Counted from the first letter of the stretch, positions 40,806 through 51,091 are shown. The stretch is 64,000 nucleotides of DNA from Vulcanimicrobiota bacterium (GCA_963812155.1 CAWETW010000003.1:1238544-1302543); one strand, 5' to 3'. Notes: a model not told the origin generated them from the letters alone. Translations and numbers: made by a program.

Positions 40806-41123
40806 ATGCCGCTCTACGACTACAAATGCGCCCAATGCGGAAAGGTCACCGAGGTCCGCCACGGCTTCGACGACGGCTTTGATTCGCCGTGTCCGGCCTG
40901 CGGCGGCGCGCTCTCGCGCGTCTTCAATCCGGCGTCGATCGTCTTCAAGGGTTCGGGTTTCTACGTCACCGACTCGCGTAAGAAGAGCGCAGCGTCGGAG
41001 CCTAAGACCGCCGACGCGCCGTCCGTAAAGACTTCGGAACCAAAGACTGAATCGAAAACGGAATCCAAGCCGGCTCCAGCCGAGAAAAAGGCGGACGCCA
41101 AACCGGCAGACTCGGCGGCGTAG
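40806..41123 (+). CDS. FmdB family zinc-ribbon protein
   Basis: MPLYDYKCAQCG...CPACGG...FKGSGFYVTD; low-complexity tail. Confidence 0.93.
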   Translation: MPLYDYKCAQCGKVTEVRHGFDDGFDSPCPACGGALSRVFNPASIVFKGSGFYVTDSRKKSAASEPKTADAPSVKTSEPKTESKTESKPAPAEKKADAKPADSAA

Positions 41124-41132
41124 GCGGCTTCC

Positions 41133-41465
41133 GTGCTTTGGCTGATTCCGGCCGTCTGCTCCCTTGCCGCACTCGGTTGCATCGTCGCGGGTATCCTGCC
41201 GCTGCTCCGCGCGAAGCACACGCTCGACGCCCATACCGAACGCTTGCAGGCGGCGTTGCCGGTCGCCGTGGTCGACGGCGCGCGTCTACGTGCCGCGCTC
41301 GCCCGGCTCGACGCAACGTCGGCTGCAGCCCAAGCCGAAACCGCTCGTATCGGCGCTGCGGTGCGCCGGATTGCCGAAAGCGCGAGCGACTTGCGCCTGC
41401 GTGAAGCCGTGCTTGCGTTGCGGCTGGCCGGTGCGGCCTTGCGGACGCTCCGTTCGCTCTTCTAA
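41133..41465 (+). CDS. Hypothetical membrane-anchored helical protein
   Basis: N-terminal TM helix; Ala/Arg-rich; fills the gap between fmdB-like and aroA. Confidence 0.55.
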   Translation: MLWLIPAVCSLAALGCIVAGILPLLRAKHTLDAHTERLQAALPVAVVDGARLRAALARLDATSAAAQAETARIGAAVRRIAESASDLRLREAVLALRLAGAALRTLRSLF

Positions 41466-42733
41466 GCACGCAATCGGTCCAGCGCGCCCGCGAAGCCGGG
41501 AAAACTGACGTCTTCACTTCCGTCGTCGCCGATCTCGATCGGTCCGGCGGCCCGCGCCAGAATCAACGCCGCCATTGCGATGCGATGATCCCCGTTCGTG
41601 TCGATCCGCGCGCCCGGTACGGCCGCAGGAATGCCCCCGGCGATCGAAAGTTCGCTCCCGCGCACGGCGACGGGGATGCGTACGGCGGCGAGAAGGCGCT
41701 CGACCGCAGCGATGCGGTCGGATTCTTTGGTCCGCAGCGATTCGATGCCGGAAATGCGCGTCGAGCCCTCGGCGAAGGCCGCGGCAACGGCGATCAGCGG
41801 AATTTCGTCGAGCGCCCTCAGCGCCAGGTCGCGGCCGACATCGATGCCGCGCAGGCGCGCCTGCTCGACCACGACGTCGGCGACCGGTTCGCCACAGATT
41901 TCCCGCCGGTTGCGAAGTTCGATTCGCGCTCCCATGAGTTCGAGCACCTCGAACATTCCCGTGCGCGACGGGTTGACGCAAACGTCTCGCACGAACAGCG
42001 TGCTGCCGGGCACGATCGCGGCCCCCGCGATAAAGAACGAGGCGGCCGACGGATCGCCGGGAATGCTCACGCGTTCGGCACGCAGCGGAGCGGGAGAAAA
42101 CTCGATGTGGCGCCCGTCCCACCGGACATCGGCTCCGAGGAAGCGCAGCAAGCGTTCGGTGTGATCGCGCGATCCGCGATCTCCGTCGATTGCGATAGGC
42201 ACGTTCGCGTACGCCGCGGCGAAGAGAAGGGCAGATTTCACCTGGGCCGAGGGCGCCAGCAGGATGAACCGGCGGGTTTCAACCCCCGGCCGATCGAGCA
42301 ACGCTGCCGGTAAATGCCCGAGCGTGGTCTCGATCCGCGCACCGAAGGCACGCAGCTGCGCTGCGACCGGCTCCATCGGACGCCGTCGCAAGGAGCCGTC
42401 GCCGTCGAAGCGCGCGGGAACTCCCGCGCCGGCACATGCGCCGAGCAGCATCCGCGCCGTCGATCCGGAGTTCATGCAGTCCACCACCGCGCTCGCCGAG
42501 CGCAACGGCGCCGGCTCGACCACGACGCCTGTCTCTGCGCGTGCGATCCGCACGCCGAGCACCTCGAGACCTGCGAGCGTCGCCGCGACGTCGCGCCCCG
42601 GATTAAGATTATGAATTTCGACGCGCCGCTCGCAGCGCGCGGCCGCAATGACGGCGCGATGAGAGATGGATTTGTCACCGGGTACGCGCGCCTCGCCGCG
42701 CAACGGGCCGAGAGTAGACGAACCGCCGAGCAT
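41462..42733 (-). CDS. aroA: 3-phosphoshikimate 1-carboxyvinyltransferase
   Basis: PGDKSISHR, DCMNSGST, LRRRPM, SAQVKSA, RDHTER, KESDRI, DHRIAM. Confidence 0.95.
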   Translation of the reverse strand: MLGGSSTLGPLRGEARVPGDKSISHRAVIAAARCERRVEIHNLNPGRDVAATLAGLEVLGVRIARAETGVVVEPAPLRSASAVVDCMNSGSTARMLLGACAGAGVPARFDGDGSLRRRPMEPVAAQLRAFGARIETTLGHLPAALLDRPGVETRRFILLAPSAQVKSALLFAAAYANVPIAIDGDRGSRDHTERLLRFLGADVRWDGRHIEFSPAPLRAERVSIPGDPSAASFFIAGAAIVPGSTLFVRDVCVNPSRTGMFEVLELMGARIELRNRREICGEPVADVVVEQARLRGIDVGRDLALRALDEIPLIAVAAAFAEGSTRISGIESLRTKESDRIAAVERLLAAVRIPVAVRGSELSIAGGIPAAVPGARIDTNGDHRIAMAALILARAAGPIEIGDDGSEDVSFPGFAGALDRLRA

Positions 42734-42882
42734 CGTGCGAGTTTTACGTTCGACCAGCGCGTCTTCCCCCGGCATGACGCCACGACGCATCGCGCGAAAA
42801 AAGCTTGAAATTCCATAGGAAATCGCGGATTGAAGCGGTAGTCAAGGCTCAAAGTGCTTGGTTCTCACACGGAAAGGTACGG

Positions 42883-43293
42883 ATGAACAAGGTAGATTTG
42901 ACGAGGCTGGCAATGGACCGGCTCGATCTTTCCCGCAAAGATGCCGTTGCTCTGGTCGACGGTCTCTTTGAGGATATTCAAAACGCCGTCGTCACCGGCG
43001 ACGCGGTGAAGATCCCGGGGTTCGGGCAGTTCAAGGTTCGCGACCGCGCCGCGCGCATGGCGCGCAATCCCGCGACCGGCGAACAGGTCAAGGTTCCGGC
43101 GAAGCGCGTCTTCAAGTTCTTGGCTGCGAAAGCGCTCAAAGAGGCCGTGATGTCTCGACGCGGCGGCCGTCCGGCGGCACGCAAAGCCAAGAAGAGTAGG
43201 CCCGTTGCAAAGAAAGCGGTCGCGCGCAAGGTCGCAAAGAAAGCCGTCGCGCGCAAGGTCGCAAAGAAGGTCGCGACCCGTAAACGGCGCTAG
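42883..43293 (+). CDS. hup: HU family DNA-binding protein with Lys/Ala-rich tail
   Basis: IPGFGQF, ARMARNPATGEQVKVPAK; AKKAVARKV repeats. Confidence 0.9.
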   Translation: MNKVDLTRLAMDRLDLSRKDAVALVDGLFEDIQNAVVTGDAVKIPGFGQFKVRDRAARMARNPATGEQVKVPAKRVFKFLAAKALKEAVMSRRGGRPAARKAKKSRPVAKKAVARKVAKKAVARKVAKKVATRKRR

Positions 43294-43399
43294 AGTTTGA
43301 CGTTGAGGAGCGTCGCGCGGTGTGGGGCGCGACGCTTCCGCGGAAGACTCCGGCGAGCCGGAGTTTGATTCGTGCCGCGCGGGGAAGAAAGAGCGTACG

Positions 43400-44005
43400 A
43401 TGATTACCTACGCTCAAACACAATCTTATACCCCAAAAAAATGGAATCTCTCAGGCATGGAAGGCATCTCGGATAAAACGCTCGAGGTGCATTTCGGCTT
43501 GTACGAAGGCTACGTCAAGAACGTCAATCTGCTCAACGAGCGGCTGGCTTCGTTGCGTGCGTCCGATCAAGCCAAAGGCGCCGATCCGTCATACGCCGAG
43601 TTGGTACGGCGGCTTGGTTTCGAATACAACGGCATGCGTCTACACGAGTACTACTTCGACAACATGACCGCGAAACCAAAGCCGATCGGTTCGGGGAAAC
43701 TGCAGGATGCACTCGGAGCGGCATTCGGCAGTTTCGACGCGTGGAAGAAAGACTTCGCCGCCGTCGCCGGCATGCGCGGCATCGGCTGGGCAATCGCTTA
43801 TCGGGATCCGGATACCGCGCGCATTACGAACCACTGGATCGGCGACCACGAGATCGGCCACCCGGCTGGATTCGCGCCGATCGTGGTGCTCGACGTCTGG
43901 GAGCACGCGTTCATGCTCGACTACAAACCTTCGGAGAAGGCGAAGTACGTCGAGGCGTTTCTCGCCAACGTCGACTGGGAGGCGTGCGAATCGCGCTTGA
44001 CCTAA
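43400..44005 (+). CDS. Fe/Mn superoxide dismutase family protein
   Basis: TLEVHFGLYEGYV, NGMRLHEYYF, LDVWEHAF. Confidence 0.9.
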   Translation: MITYAQTQSYTPKKWNLSGMEGISDKTLEVHFGLYEGYVKNVNLLNERLASLRASDQAKGADPSYAELVRRLGFEYNGMRLHEYYFDNMTAKPKPIGSGKLQDALGAAFGSFDAWKKDFAAVAGMRGIGWAIAYRDPDTARITNHWIGDHEIGHPAGFAPIVVLDVWEHAFMLDYKPSEKAKYVEAFLANVDWEACESRLT

Positions 44006-44021
44006 GGATTTCCTGAAGCAG

Positions 44022-45236
44022 TTACGCAGCTTCCGGCGTGCCCACGTGTTCGGGGCGGACCCCCACGCCGACGAGCCACGCCGGAATGCGCTGCAACAAC
44101 GGGATCGCGCTGAAGAGCTTCAACGCAAACGGGACACTGGGATCGCGGCCGCTCGTGCCGCGCAGGACGCTCGTAATGACGCGATTCTGCACGAATACCT
44201 GAATGTTCTGGATCAGGCGCGTAGGAAACGTTCGCCGGCCCTGGACCGCCGCGAGCGTTTCTTCGCGCACGGGGCCGCCGGCGAGTTCGCGATAGACCAT
44301 GTTTGCGGTGGCGACGGCATCTTGGATTGCGAGATTGATGCCGACCCCGCCGACCGGCGACATGGCATGCGCGGCGTCTCCTATGCAGATCAGGCCGTCG
44401 CGATGCCAGCGCTCGAGCATGTCGATCTGCACGGTCAAGAGACTCACCTTCTCCCACGAGTCGAGTTCACGGGCCCGATCGGCGAGAAACGGCGCCGCGG
44501 AGGCGATGTCGCGTTGAAACGCCGTTAATCCACGGCTGCGAATGTCGTCGAATGCGCCCTTGCGAATGACGTAGCCGCATTGCCAATAGGAATCCCGATC
44601 GATCAAAACCAGAAGACTCGCGCGGCCGACGAAACCGAAGGCTTGTCTCGGATCGGATGTTTCGCGCGAAAGCCGCATCCAGAGAACGTCAATGGGCGCG
44701 CCGCGCGCGATCGAAGTAAGCCGCGCGCACGGGCGAACGGTAGAGTGGCGCCCGTCGGCACCGACGATGAGATCGGCGTCGATCGTCGTGTCTCCCTGCG
44801 GCGTGGAGACGAGGACGCCGGCGACGCGATCGCCCGACCACTTCAGACCGGTCACCTTTGCTTCCATCATTACGTTGAAGGGCGCGTAGCGCCGGCCGTG
44901 CTGCACGAGGAAATCGAGAAAATCCCACTGCGGCATTAATGCAAGAAACTTGCAGTGCGTCGGAACGTGTGTGAAGTCGCCCAGCGGCATGACGTTCGGC
45001 CCGAACACGGCCGCCAGCCGCGTAACCTCCTGATGCGGCCGTTGCAAGAAATCGTCGAGCAAACCTAGTTCGTACATCAGTTGCAGCGTCGCCGGATGAA
45101 TCGTATCGCCGCGAAAATCTCGCAAGAAATCCTTGTGCTTCTCGAGGACGACGACCGAAATGCCGGCCCGCGCCAAGAGAAACCCGAGCATCATGCCGGC
45201 GGGGCCGCCCCCGGCGATCGCGCAGCTCACCTTCAT
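44022..45236 (-). CDS. FAD-dependent oxidoreductase (UbiH/MhpA-like monooxygenase family)
   Basis: GGGPAG, DFRGDT, GADGRHS, IGDAAHAMSPVGGVGINLAIQDA. Confidence 0.9.
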   Translation of the reverse strand: MKVSCAIAGGGPAGMMLGFLLARAGISVVVLEKHKDFLRDFRGDTIHPATLQLMYELGLLDDFLQRPHQEVTRLAAVFGPNVMPLGDFTHVPTHCKFLALMPQWDFLDFLVQHGRRYAPFNVMMEAKVTGLKWSGDRVAGVLVSTPQGDTTIDADLIVGADGRHSTVRPCARLTSIARGAPIDVLWMRLSRETSDPRQAFGFVGRASLLVLIDRDSYWQCGYVIRKGAFDDIRSRGLTAFQRDIASAAPFLADRARELDSWEKVSLLTVQIDMLERWHRDGLICIGDAAHAMSPVGGVGINLAIQDAVATANMVYRELAGGPVREETLAAVQGRRTFPTRLIQNIQVFVQNRVITSVLRGTSGRDPSVPFALKLFSAIPLLQRIPAWLVGVGVRPEHVGTPEAA

Positions 45237-45282
45237 GTTCGCGGCTTACTGCAAGAAGACGGCTGCGCCTCTCGCCCGGCGA

Positions 45283-46563
45283 TTACGGTCCGAAATCGGC
45301 CCTGAAGAGATACGTGCTTTGTACTGGACTGCAGTCGATGCGTTTCGGCGAATAGGTCGTTTTCTCGGCGGCGGTGAGGACCGCGCGGTCGACGTTGGCA
45401 TCTCCGCTCGAGCGGTAGACGCGCGCAGCGGCGGCCTTTCCGCTCGTGGCTACGGTTACGGCAATGACGGCAGTGACTTGATGCGAGGGCCACTGAGCTT
45501 TGGGAAGATCCGGCGGCACCGGATTGAGCGCTTTGGGTTCCGCGTTGGGTTGGGTGCAGGCAGCCGCGACGGCGGTCGAAGCGGGACCAGCGGAAAGCGC
45601 GCCGGCATGCGCCGGTGCGGGAAGAAGCGTTTGCAGAATGACGGTCATGGCGGCGAATAGCACGATAATCCCTCCGATGGCAACGTAGTTGAGCCGCAAT
45701 TCGGCGTGCGGCCGATTCGTCACGAGGCGTTCGATCCGGGTTACGAGTGAGTGGCGCGAGCCGAGCGCGCTCGGCGTAGCGAGCGGCGCGCGGGCATTTG
45801 CGAACGTGCGGGCGAGCGCGGCAAGGGCAGATGCGTAATCGGTGCCTTTGCCCAGGCGGCTGACCGCCCAATCGTCGCAGGCCGCTTCCCGTTCGGTCGT
45901 AAGGTTCCCAATGGCGTAGTGAATCCACGGATCCCAGAAGAGGAGCGCTCCTGCAATACGCGCGACCGCGTTGCTTGCGACGTCGCCGCGCCGGACGTGC
46001 GCGAGTTCGTGTTCGATCGTGCATGCGCGGACGATTGGATCCAACGCGTCGATCGTTTGGCTCGGCAGCACGATTGCGGGAACCAAGATTCCGGTCGCGA
46101 TCGGTATCGCGACGTGACGCGAGCCGAGCACCGGCACGCCGTCGATGCGTCCGATTTCTACCGCGGTGCGCCGGATAGCCGCGATCCGGAACCAACTAAC
46201 GGCAAGACGAACGCATCCGAGAATCGCTCCGGCGCACCAGACGGCCAGGAAGATTCGCGCCAATGCCTCTCCGCCCGCGGCGGCCGGCCACGCGATCCAG
46301 CGCAACACGTCGCCGGCATGGGGCCCGACGTCAGCGAGCGAAAACTCGGGGCGCCCGGCGATACGGTCTGCGGACGCGTGCCAAAGCGTAACGTGGACGC
46401 TAGCGGTCACGATGGGGACGGCGACCAGGGCAATCAGCGCCGTAAACCACACGACGTAACGCGTTTTCGCGTTCTCCACCGGCACGAAACGCAGCGTGAG
46501 CAGCGTGACGCCGGTGACGAGCGCACCTTGCCACAGCGCGTCGAGGAACGTCGTGACGATCAT
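45283..46563 (-). CDS. BlaR1/M56 metallopeptidase with C-terminal TonB domain
   Basis: TM helices, HELAHVRRGD, EREAACDD; TonB_C-like end RVYRSSGDANVDRAVLTAA. Confidence 0.88.
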   Translation of the reverse strand: MIVTTFLDALWQGALVTGVTLLTLRFVPVENAKTRYVVWFTALIALVAVPIVTASVHVTLWHASADRIAGRPEFSLADVGPHAGDVLRWIAWPAAAGGEALARIFLAVWCAGAILGCVRLAVSWFRIAAIRRTAVEIGRIDGVPVLGSRHVAIPIATGILVPAIVLPSQTIDALDPIVRACTIEHELAHVRRGDVASNAVARIAGALLFWDPWIHYAIGNLTTEREAACDDWAVSRLGKGTDYASALAALARTFANARAPLATPSALGSRHSLVTRIERLVTNRPHAELRLNYVAIGGIIVLFAAMTVILQTLLPAPAHAGALSAGPASTAVAAACTQPNAEPKALNPVPPDLPKAQWPSHQVTAVIAVTVATSGKAAAARVYRSSGDANVDRAVLTAAEKTTYSPKRIDCSPVQSTYLFRADFGP

Positions 46564-46946
46564 GGTGCCGCCTTTCTCTTACGCGTGACGATGCGCTGAA
46601 TTTCCGCGAGATCGGACGCCGTGAATTGCGTGTCGTCGAGAAGCGTAACGGCCAGTTGACCGGGCGAGTTGCCGAAGAAGCGCCGGAGCAGTTGACGTAC
46701 GGCCGAATCGGCGGCCTGGGTTCGCGCAACCGCGGGCCTGTAGACGAAGGCACGCCCCTCTTCGTCGTGAGCGACGTAACCTTTTTGTTCCAGCGTCCGA
46801 AGCGTCGTGAGGACGGTATTGTACGCCAGCGCCGGCCGGCCTACGGCAGCCGTGACGTCGGCGACCGTGGCTCGCCCCACGCGCCACAGAACTTCCATCA
46901 GGCGCAGTTCGTGATCGGTGAGAATCGTCGAGCGTTTACGCGGCAT
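46560..46946 (-). CDS. BlaI/MecI/CopY family repressor
   Basis: LTDHELRLMEVLW, LAYNTVLTTLRTLEQKGYV, GRAFVY. Confidence 0.93.
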   Translation of the reverse strand: MPRKRSTILTDHELRLMEVLWRVGRATVADVTAAVGRPALAYNTVLTTLRTLEQKGYVAHDEEGRAFVYRPAVARTQAADSAVRQLLRRFFGNSPGQLAVTLLDDTQFTASDLAEIQRIVTRKRKAAP

Positions 46947-46954
46947 CTGCGGCC

Positions 46955-47011
46955 TCAACTAGTTTCATAGGAGACATCCTATAGCGCCGGCGTCACGGTG
47001 TCAACTAGTTT
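46955..47011 (-). promoter_or_regulatory. blaI promoter with two AAACTAGTTGA operator boxes
   Basis: TTGACA(47004-46999)-17 nt-TAGGAT(46981-46976); TCAACTAGTTT at 46955-46965 and 47001-47011. Confidence 0.75.
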
Positions 47012-47098
47012 ACTAAGACAAATGCAGGGCAAGCGCCCGGCCGTTGAATCCAAGGAGTCGTACCCGCGAACGCAAAGCGGGCCGCAGGAGGTTCGGCA

Positions 47099-48448
47099 AT
47101 GCGTTCCTACGGCCGCATCATCGCGGCGCTGACCTGTGGTCTCTTCACCGGATGCGGTGCCCTCTCGGTTGCGCCCGCGCCCGTCCTGCATTCGATCGCG
47201 TTGCATCCGAACGCATCCGGTAAAATTCAGCACGTTATTATCGTCGTACAAGAGAATCGGAGCTTCGATAATCTCTTCGCAGGCTACCCGGGCGCCGATA
47301 CGGTGGATTCCGGCTACACCAATACCGGGAAGAAGGTGAAGCTGGCGTCCATTACACTGAAGACGACGTGGGATCTCGCGCACACGTCGTTTGCGTTCTT
47401 CCAGGCGTGCGACGGCCAGGGAAGCGTTCCCGGCACCAACTGCAAGATGGACGGGTTCAATTTGGAGGCCGTTAAGTGCGGGCATGTCTTCGAGCCGCCC
47501 TGCCCCACCAAATATCCTCAATACGGCTTCGTCCCGCACTCGGAGACGCAGCCGTATTTTGCCATGGCCGGACAGTACGTGCTCGGCGACCGAATGTTCG
47601 AGTCGAATCTCGACGGTAGCAGCTTCGTGTCGCATCAATACATCATCGCCGGCCAGGCGAGCGCATCGGTGAACTTTCCGCAGTCGACGTGGGGCTGCGA
47701 CGGAGGACCGAGCGACAAGATCGATACGCTCCTGCAGACCCGGCAGATCGGTCCCGCGATCCAGGCATGTTTCGACAACGAAACGCTCGGAGACGAGCTC
47801 GACGCCAAGGGGCTTTCGTGGGCGTACTATACGGCTGCGCTCAAGACCGGCGATGGAATCTGGAGCGCGTATCAAGCGATCAGTCACATCCGGTACGGTC
47901 CGGATTGGGACACGAACGTCATCAGCCCGCAGACGAAATTTTTCGATGCCGTCAGCAACGGCACGCTTCCGGCGGTCTCGTGGGTGACGCCGACGTGCGC
48001 GAACTCCGACCACTCGGGCTGCGCGTCGGACACCGGCCCGGATTGGGTCGCGTCGCTGGTTAACGCCGTCGGTAAGAGCAAGTACTGGAACTCCAGCGCC
48101 ATCTTCGTGTTTTGGGACGACGCCGGCGGCTGGTACGATCACGTTGCGCCCGCGATGGTCGACTACGACGGCCTTGGCTTTCGCGTTCCGCTGCTCGTCA
48201 TTTCACCGTATGCCAAAAAAGGCTACGTCTCGCACGTGCAGTACGAACACGGCAGCATTTTGCGCTTCGTCGAAGATCAGTTCGGACTGCCGCGCCTCGC
48301 GGCGACGGACCGCCGCGCTAAATCGCCCGCCGCCGACTGCTTCGACTTCTCGAAAGCGCCGCGAAAGTTCACTGAGATTCCTTCGGCGTTGAAGCAAACG
48401 TACTTTACGCACGAGCCGCTCGACCCGCGCATTCCCGACGCGGACTAA
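47099..48448 (+). CDS. Phosphoesterase/phospholipase C family lipoprotein
   Basis: Lipobox [48 protein letters not shown]. Confidence 0.9.
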   Translation: MRSYGRIIAALTCGLFTGCGALSVAPAPVLHSIALHPNASGKIQHVIIVVQENRSFDNLFAGYPGADTVDSGYTNTGKKVKLASITLKTTWDLAHTSFAFFQACDGQGSVPGTNCKMDGFNLEAVKCGHVFEPPCPTKYPQYGFVPHSETQPYFAMAGQYVLGDRMFESNLDGSSFVSHQYIIAGQASASVNFPQSTWGCDGGPSDKIDTLLQTRQIGPAIQACFDNETLGDELDAKGLSWAYYTAALKTGDGIWSAYQAISHIRYGPDWDTNVISPQTKFFDAVSNGTLPAVSWVTPTCANSDHSGCASDTGPDWVASLVNAVGKSKYWNSSAIFVFWDDAGGWYDHVAPAMVDYDGLGFRVPLLVISPYAKKGYVSHVQYEHGSILRFVEDQFGLPRLAATDRRAKSPAADCFDFSKAPRKFTEIPSALKQTYFTHEPLDPRIPDAD

Positions 48449-48478
48449 CGATTTGCTAGTTAACCCAGCGCTCAAGAG

Positions 48479-48511
48479 AATGCGAGCGCCGGTGGCACCG
48501 GCGCTCGCATT
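48479..48511. terminator. Bidirectional hairpin between convergent genes
   Basis: AATGCGAGCGCCGGTG-g-CACCGGCGCTCGCATT. Confidence 0.7.
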
Positions 48512-48535
48512 TGAGTTCGAGCCGAGCGAAACCGG

Positions 48536-49558
48536 TTATTTCTTGACCAACGGATAACCGGCAACACCGAGCGGGGGGTTTGACGCTGAAAAGCCGTTTA
48601 GGGTGGAGAAAGGCGTCGTTTGAAGTCCCTTGTATCCGACGACGTTGAGCCCTTGGTTCGATTGGAAGTAACGCCCGGAGCTCGCAAACCCGCCGAGCGT
48701 TGGTCCGAACTGCTCGATGCCGTCGGTGATGGTCGCGGACGGCGTCGTCGAACCGTTGCTGTAGATATTGACGTTCTGAGCCGCGAAATTGGAAACGTAG
48801 ACAACGTTTCGTTTTCCGATGGCAACGCCAATCGGCCCGTTGAGGTTTGTGAGTCCGGAGTTTTGGACCGTTTGCGATCCAGCAGCTATTTCGAAGACGG
48901 CATTGTTGGAATCGGACGCCACCCAGATGTTGTCGCTGCCGTCCACCCCGACGCCGACCGGTTGGCCGAAGTTGGTGAAGTCGATGGTTTCGAACGGCGA
49001 CGTTGCGCCGGCCTTATAACCGGTGAGGGTGTTGTTGTTAAGGTTACTGACGAAGACCTCACCGCTCGAATCGACGGCGATTCCATACGGGCCGCTGATG
49101 CCGTTGCCGATCGTCAGGCTCGGCGAGCTCGATCCCTGTGGGTAGACGGTTACCGTGTTGTTGCCTTCGTTGGTAACGTATAGCGCTCCGGCATTGTCGA
49201 CGGCGACGCCTGCGGGAGCGCTGACACCGTCGGTAATAGATCCTACGGGGGATCCATTCGGTGTCTTCGGCATGTACATCAAAACGCTGCCTGCCTCATC
49301 TGCAACGAAAATGAGTTGACGATTCGGCGCGCCGTTCGGCCACCCCCGAGGAGCGTTAGGCCGGCGCGGAACGAGTGGAACGATGCGTGGACCCGTTACT
49401 GCAGGCCCGACAAGCTCGCGCATTCCCGTGCCGGCGTGACTCGAAGGGGCCATCATGGAGGGTTGACCGGACGTGAAAGATCCCGAGTTGCCCGAACATC
49501 CGGCAAGCGAAGCGGCAGCCACGGCTGCGATCAGAACGTGGCGACGAGTGTGGCTCAT
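48536..49558 (-). CDS. NHL-repeat beta-propeller lipoprotein
   Basis: Lipobox LAGC; repeats PAGVAVD..G.LYV.N, PYGIAVDSSGEVFVSN. Confidence 0.85.
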   Translation of the reverse strand: MSHTRRHVLIAAVAAASLAGCSGNSGSFTSGQPSMMAPSSHAGTGMRELVGPAVTGPRIVPLVPRRPNAPRGWPNGAPNRQLIFVADEAGSVLMYMPKTPNGSPVGSITDGVSAPAGVAVDNAGALYVTNEGNNTVTVYPQGSSSPSLTIGNGISGPYGIAVDSSGEVFVSNLNNNTLTGYKAGATSPFETIDFTNFGQPVGVGVDGSDNIWVASDSNNAVFEIAAGSQTVQNSGLTNLNGPIGVAIGKRNVVYVSNFAAQNVNIYSNGSTTPSATITDGIEQFGPTLGGFASSGRYFQSNQGLNVVGYKGLQTTPFSTLNGFSASNPPLGVAGYPLVKK

Positions 49559-49706
49559 CAAACATACCTCCCGAGACGTGAAATGAGGCGCGTCATTTTC
49601 TGTCTAGCGACCCTGGCAACCTGGCGCTCCAGGCGGCAGGAGTGAGGTCGCAGCAGCATGGCCGGATCGGCTAGACTCAGCGATTTGATGCTTTCCCAGA
49701 ACGGCA

Positions 49707-49726
49707 TGGGGAAGGCCGGATTCGAA
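49707..49726 (-). repeat. Isolated tRNA 3'-end fragment, probable att site
   Basis: Minus strand TTCGAAT-CCGGC-CTTCCCC-A matches T-loop, T-stem, acceptor strand and discriminator geometry, with no 5' half. Confidence 0.65.
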
Positions 49727-49964
49727 TCTCTTGAGCCTCGTTCTCGCCCCCAGTGCGCGGCTGCGGCGATGGTGGCGACTATGCCACAAGCAATTTTGCT
49801 GGTATGTTTGTAGTGCGAGTCGATCTGGGGGCGCCCCGACGTTAGGACGCGGGATCGCAAAACATTTTAGGGGGTGCGGTGTGAAATGATTACCCAAGCG
49901 AACGGGTGGCAAGCTGCGACTAGAGCATGCATTTACGATTGTGCGTGCGCGTAGTGGAACGCTA

Positions 49965-50705
49965 ATGCACCTGCTCGGAATAATGATTACTAGGAATTCT
50001 GGCGACCGATTGAGTTACCAGTTGGACAAGATGTCAGAGTACTGCGACGGGGTATATGCTATTAACGATCGGAGTACGGATAATACAAGACTCATTCTCC
50101 GCTCGCATGCTTTGGTCAAGAACGAGGTGACGATCCCATCGGAACTTTCTAGCCATCCGTGGTATTTCGATGAAGGGACGTTACTCAACATATGTTATAA
50201 TCTCGCGGAGTTATGCAAGCCAGATTGGATTATCCGAATTGACGATGATGAGGAACTGCTTGGCGCTCATGGTGTGCGTAGATTACTCGCAGAACTGCCT
50301 CCATCAGTTGCGGCGATAACATTCCCACGCGTCTCTACGTGGAGCGACGTCGAGCATCCATACATGGTTCCACTCATGGGTAAAGCCATTTCGCCGCAAG
50401 GCGGCGGTTTCTGGCGATTCCAAAGCGACGCGTTTGCCGCAAAGCGAATGCACAATCCTCGCATTCCAACGCAATTATACAGTGTGGGGGCGGTGATTGA
50501 AGCCGACAGCGTATCCTTGATACACGATGGCTGGAACACACTGAAGAAACGCATTGAAAGGGTGGATCTTTATAATCACCTCGATCCGAAATGTGATCTT
50601 AACGGAGGGGTTCCGTACGATCGCGGCCTGCTTTTTGGATTTCAAAGGAGCAATATTACAGGCTTGATTGCTGAATATAAAAAGCGGCTAGGAAGTTCTT
50701 CGTAG
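49965..50705 (+). CDS. Glycosyltransferase family 2 (AT-rich, foreign)
   Basis: NDRSTDNT, WIIRIDDDE DxD motif, LIHDGW; visibly AT-richer than its flanks. Confidence 0.8.
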   Translation: MHLLGIMITRNSGDRLSYQLDKMSEYCDGVYAINDRSTDNTRLILRSHALVKNEVTIPSELSSHPWYFDEGTLLNICYNLAELCKPDWIIRIDDDEELLGAHGVRRLLAELPPSVAAITFPRVSTWSDVEHPYMVPLMGKAISPQGGGFWRFQSDAFAAKRMHNPRIPTQLYSVGAVIEADSVSLIHDGWNTLKKRIERVDLYNHLDPKCDLNGGVPYDRGLLFGFQRSNITGLIAEYKKRLGSSS

Positions 50706-51048
50706 AACTCGCTGGAGGGGTACTCCGCCTGTCGTGCGGCGGTGCCTTCGCCGAGGCCAAGGATGCCTCAGGTTACGCGGCAACGCCGCACGCAACGAAG
50801 CAACGATTCGATTGCATCAGCGCTCTGTTCCATCCCCGCCTGGCATCTGCGCACCCGTAGGTGGCGCCACGAACTGACGGGCGAGCAATTCGAACTGAGT
50901 ATAGGGAAGGTGTCATTCGCATTGGGGGTCTACTCAGTTGTGACCGATGAGCGCTACAATGGCGGCTCAAGTCGATGGTGGCCCGGCCCGCGAGAGACCG
51001 GGTGCTTCGCCGTACTTGATCCGCGTGAAGCTGCGGTGGCAATGCCGC

Positions 51049-51091
51049 GCAACCCGATCGCCCAAGCCGAGGCCCCACCATTTCACGCGAC
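51049..51091. repeat. Island intergenic motif, copy 1 (GCAACCCGATCGCCC-N20-CACGCGAC)
   Basis: Exact boxes and spacing shared with 52444-52486 and 54639-54681. Confidence 0.85.

Noticed and set aside
51049..51063. sigma54 promoter reading of the motif (minus strand GGGCGATCGGGTTGC)
   Set aside because: The GG/GC spacing fits, but the -24 box deviates from TGGCACG and the orientation is antisense to the upstream genes.
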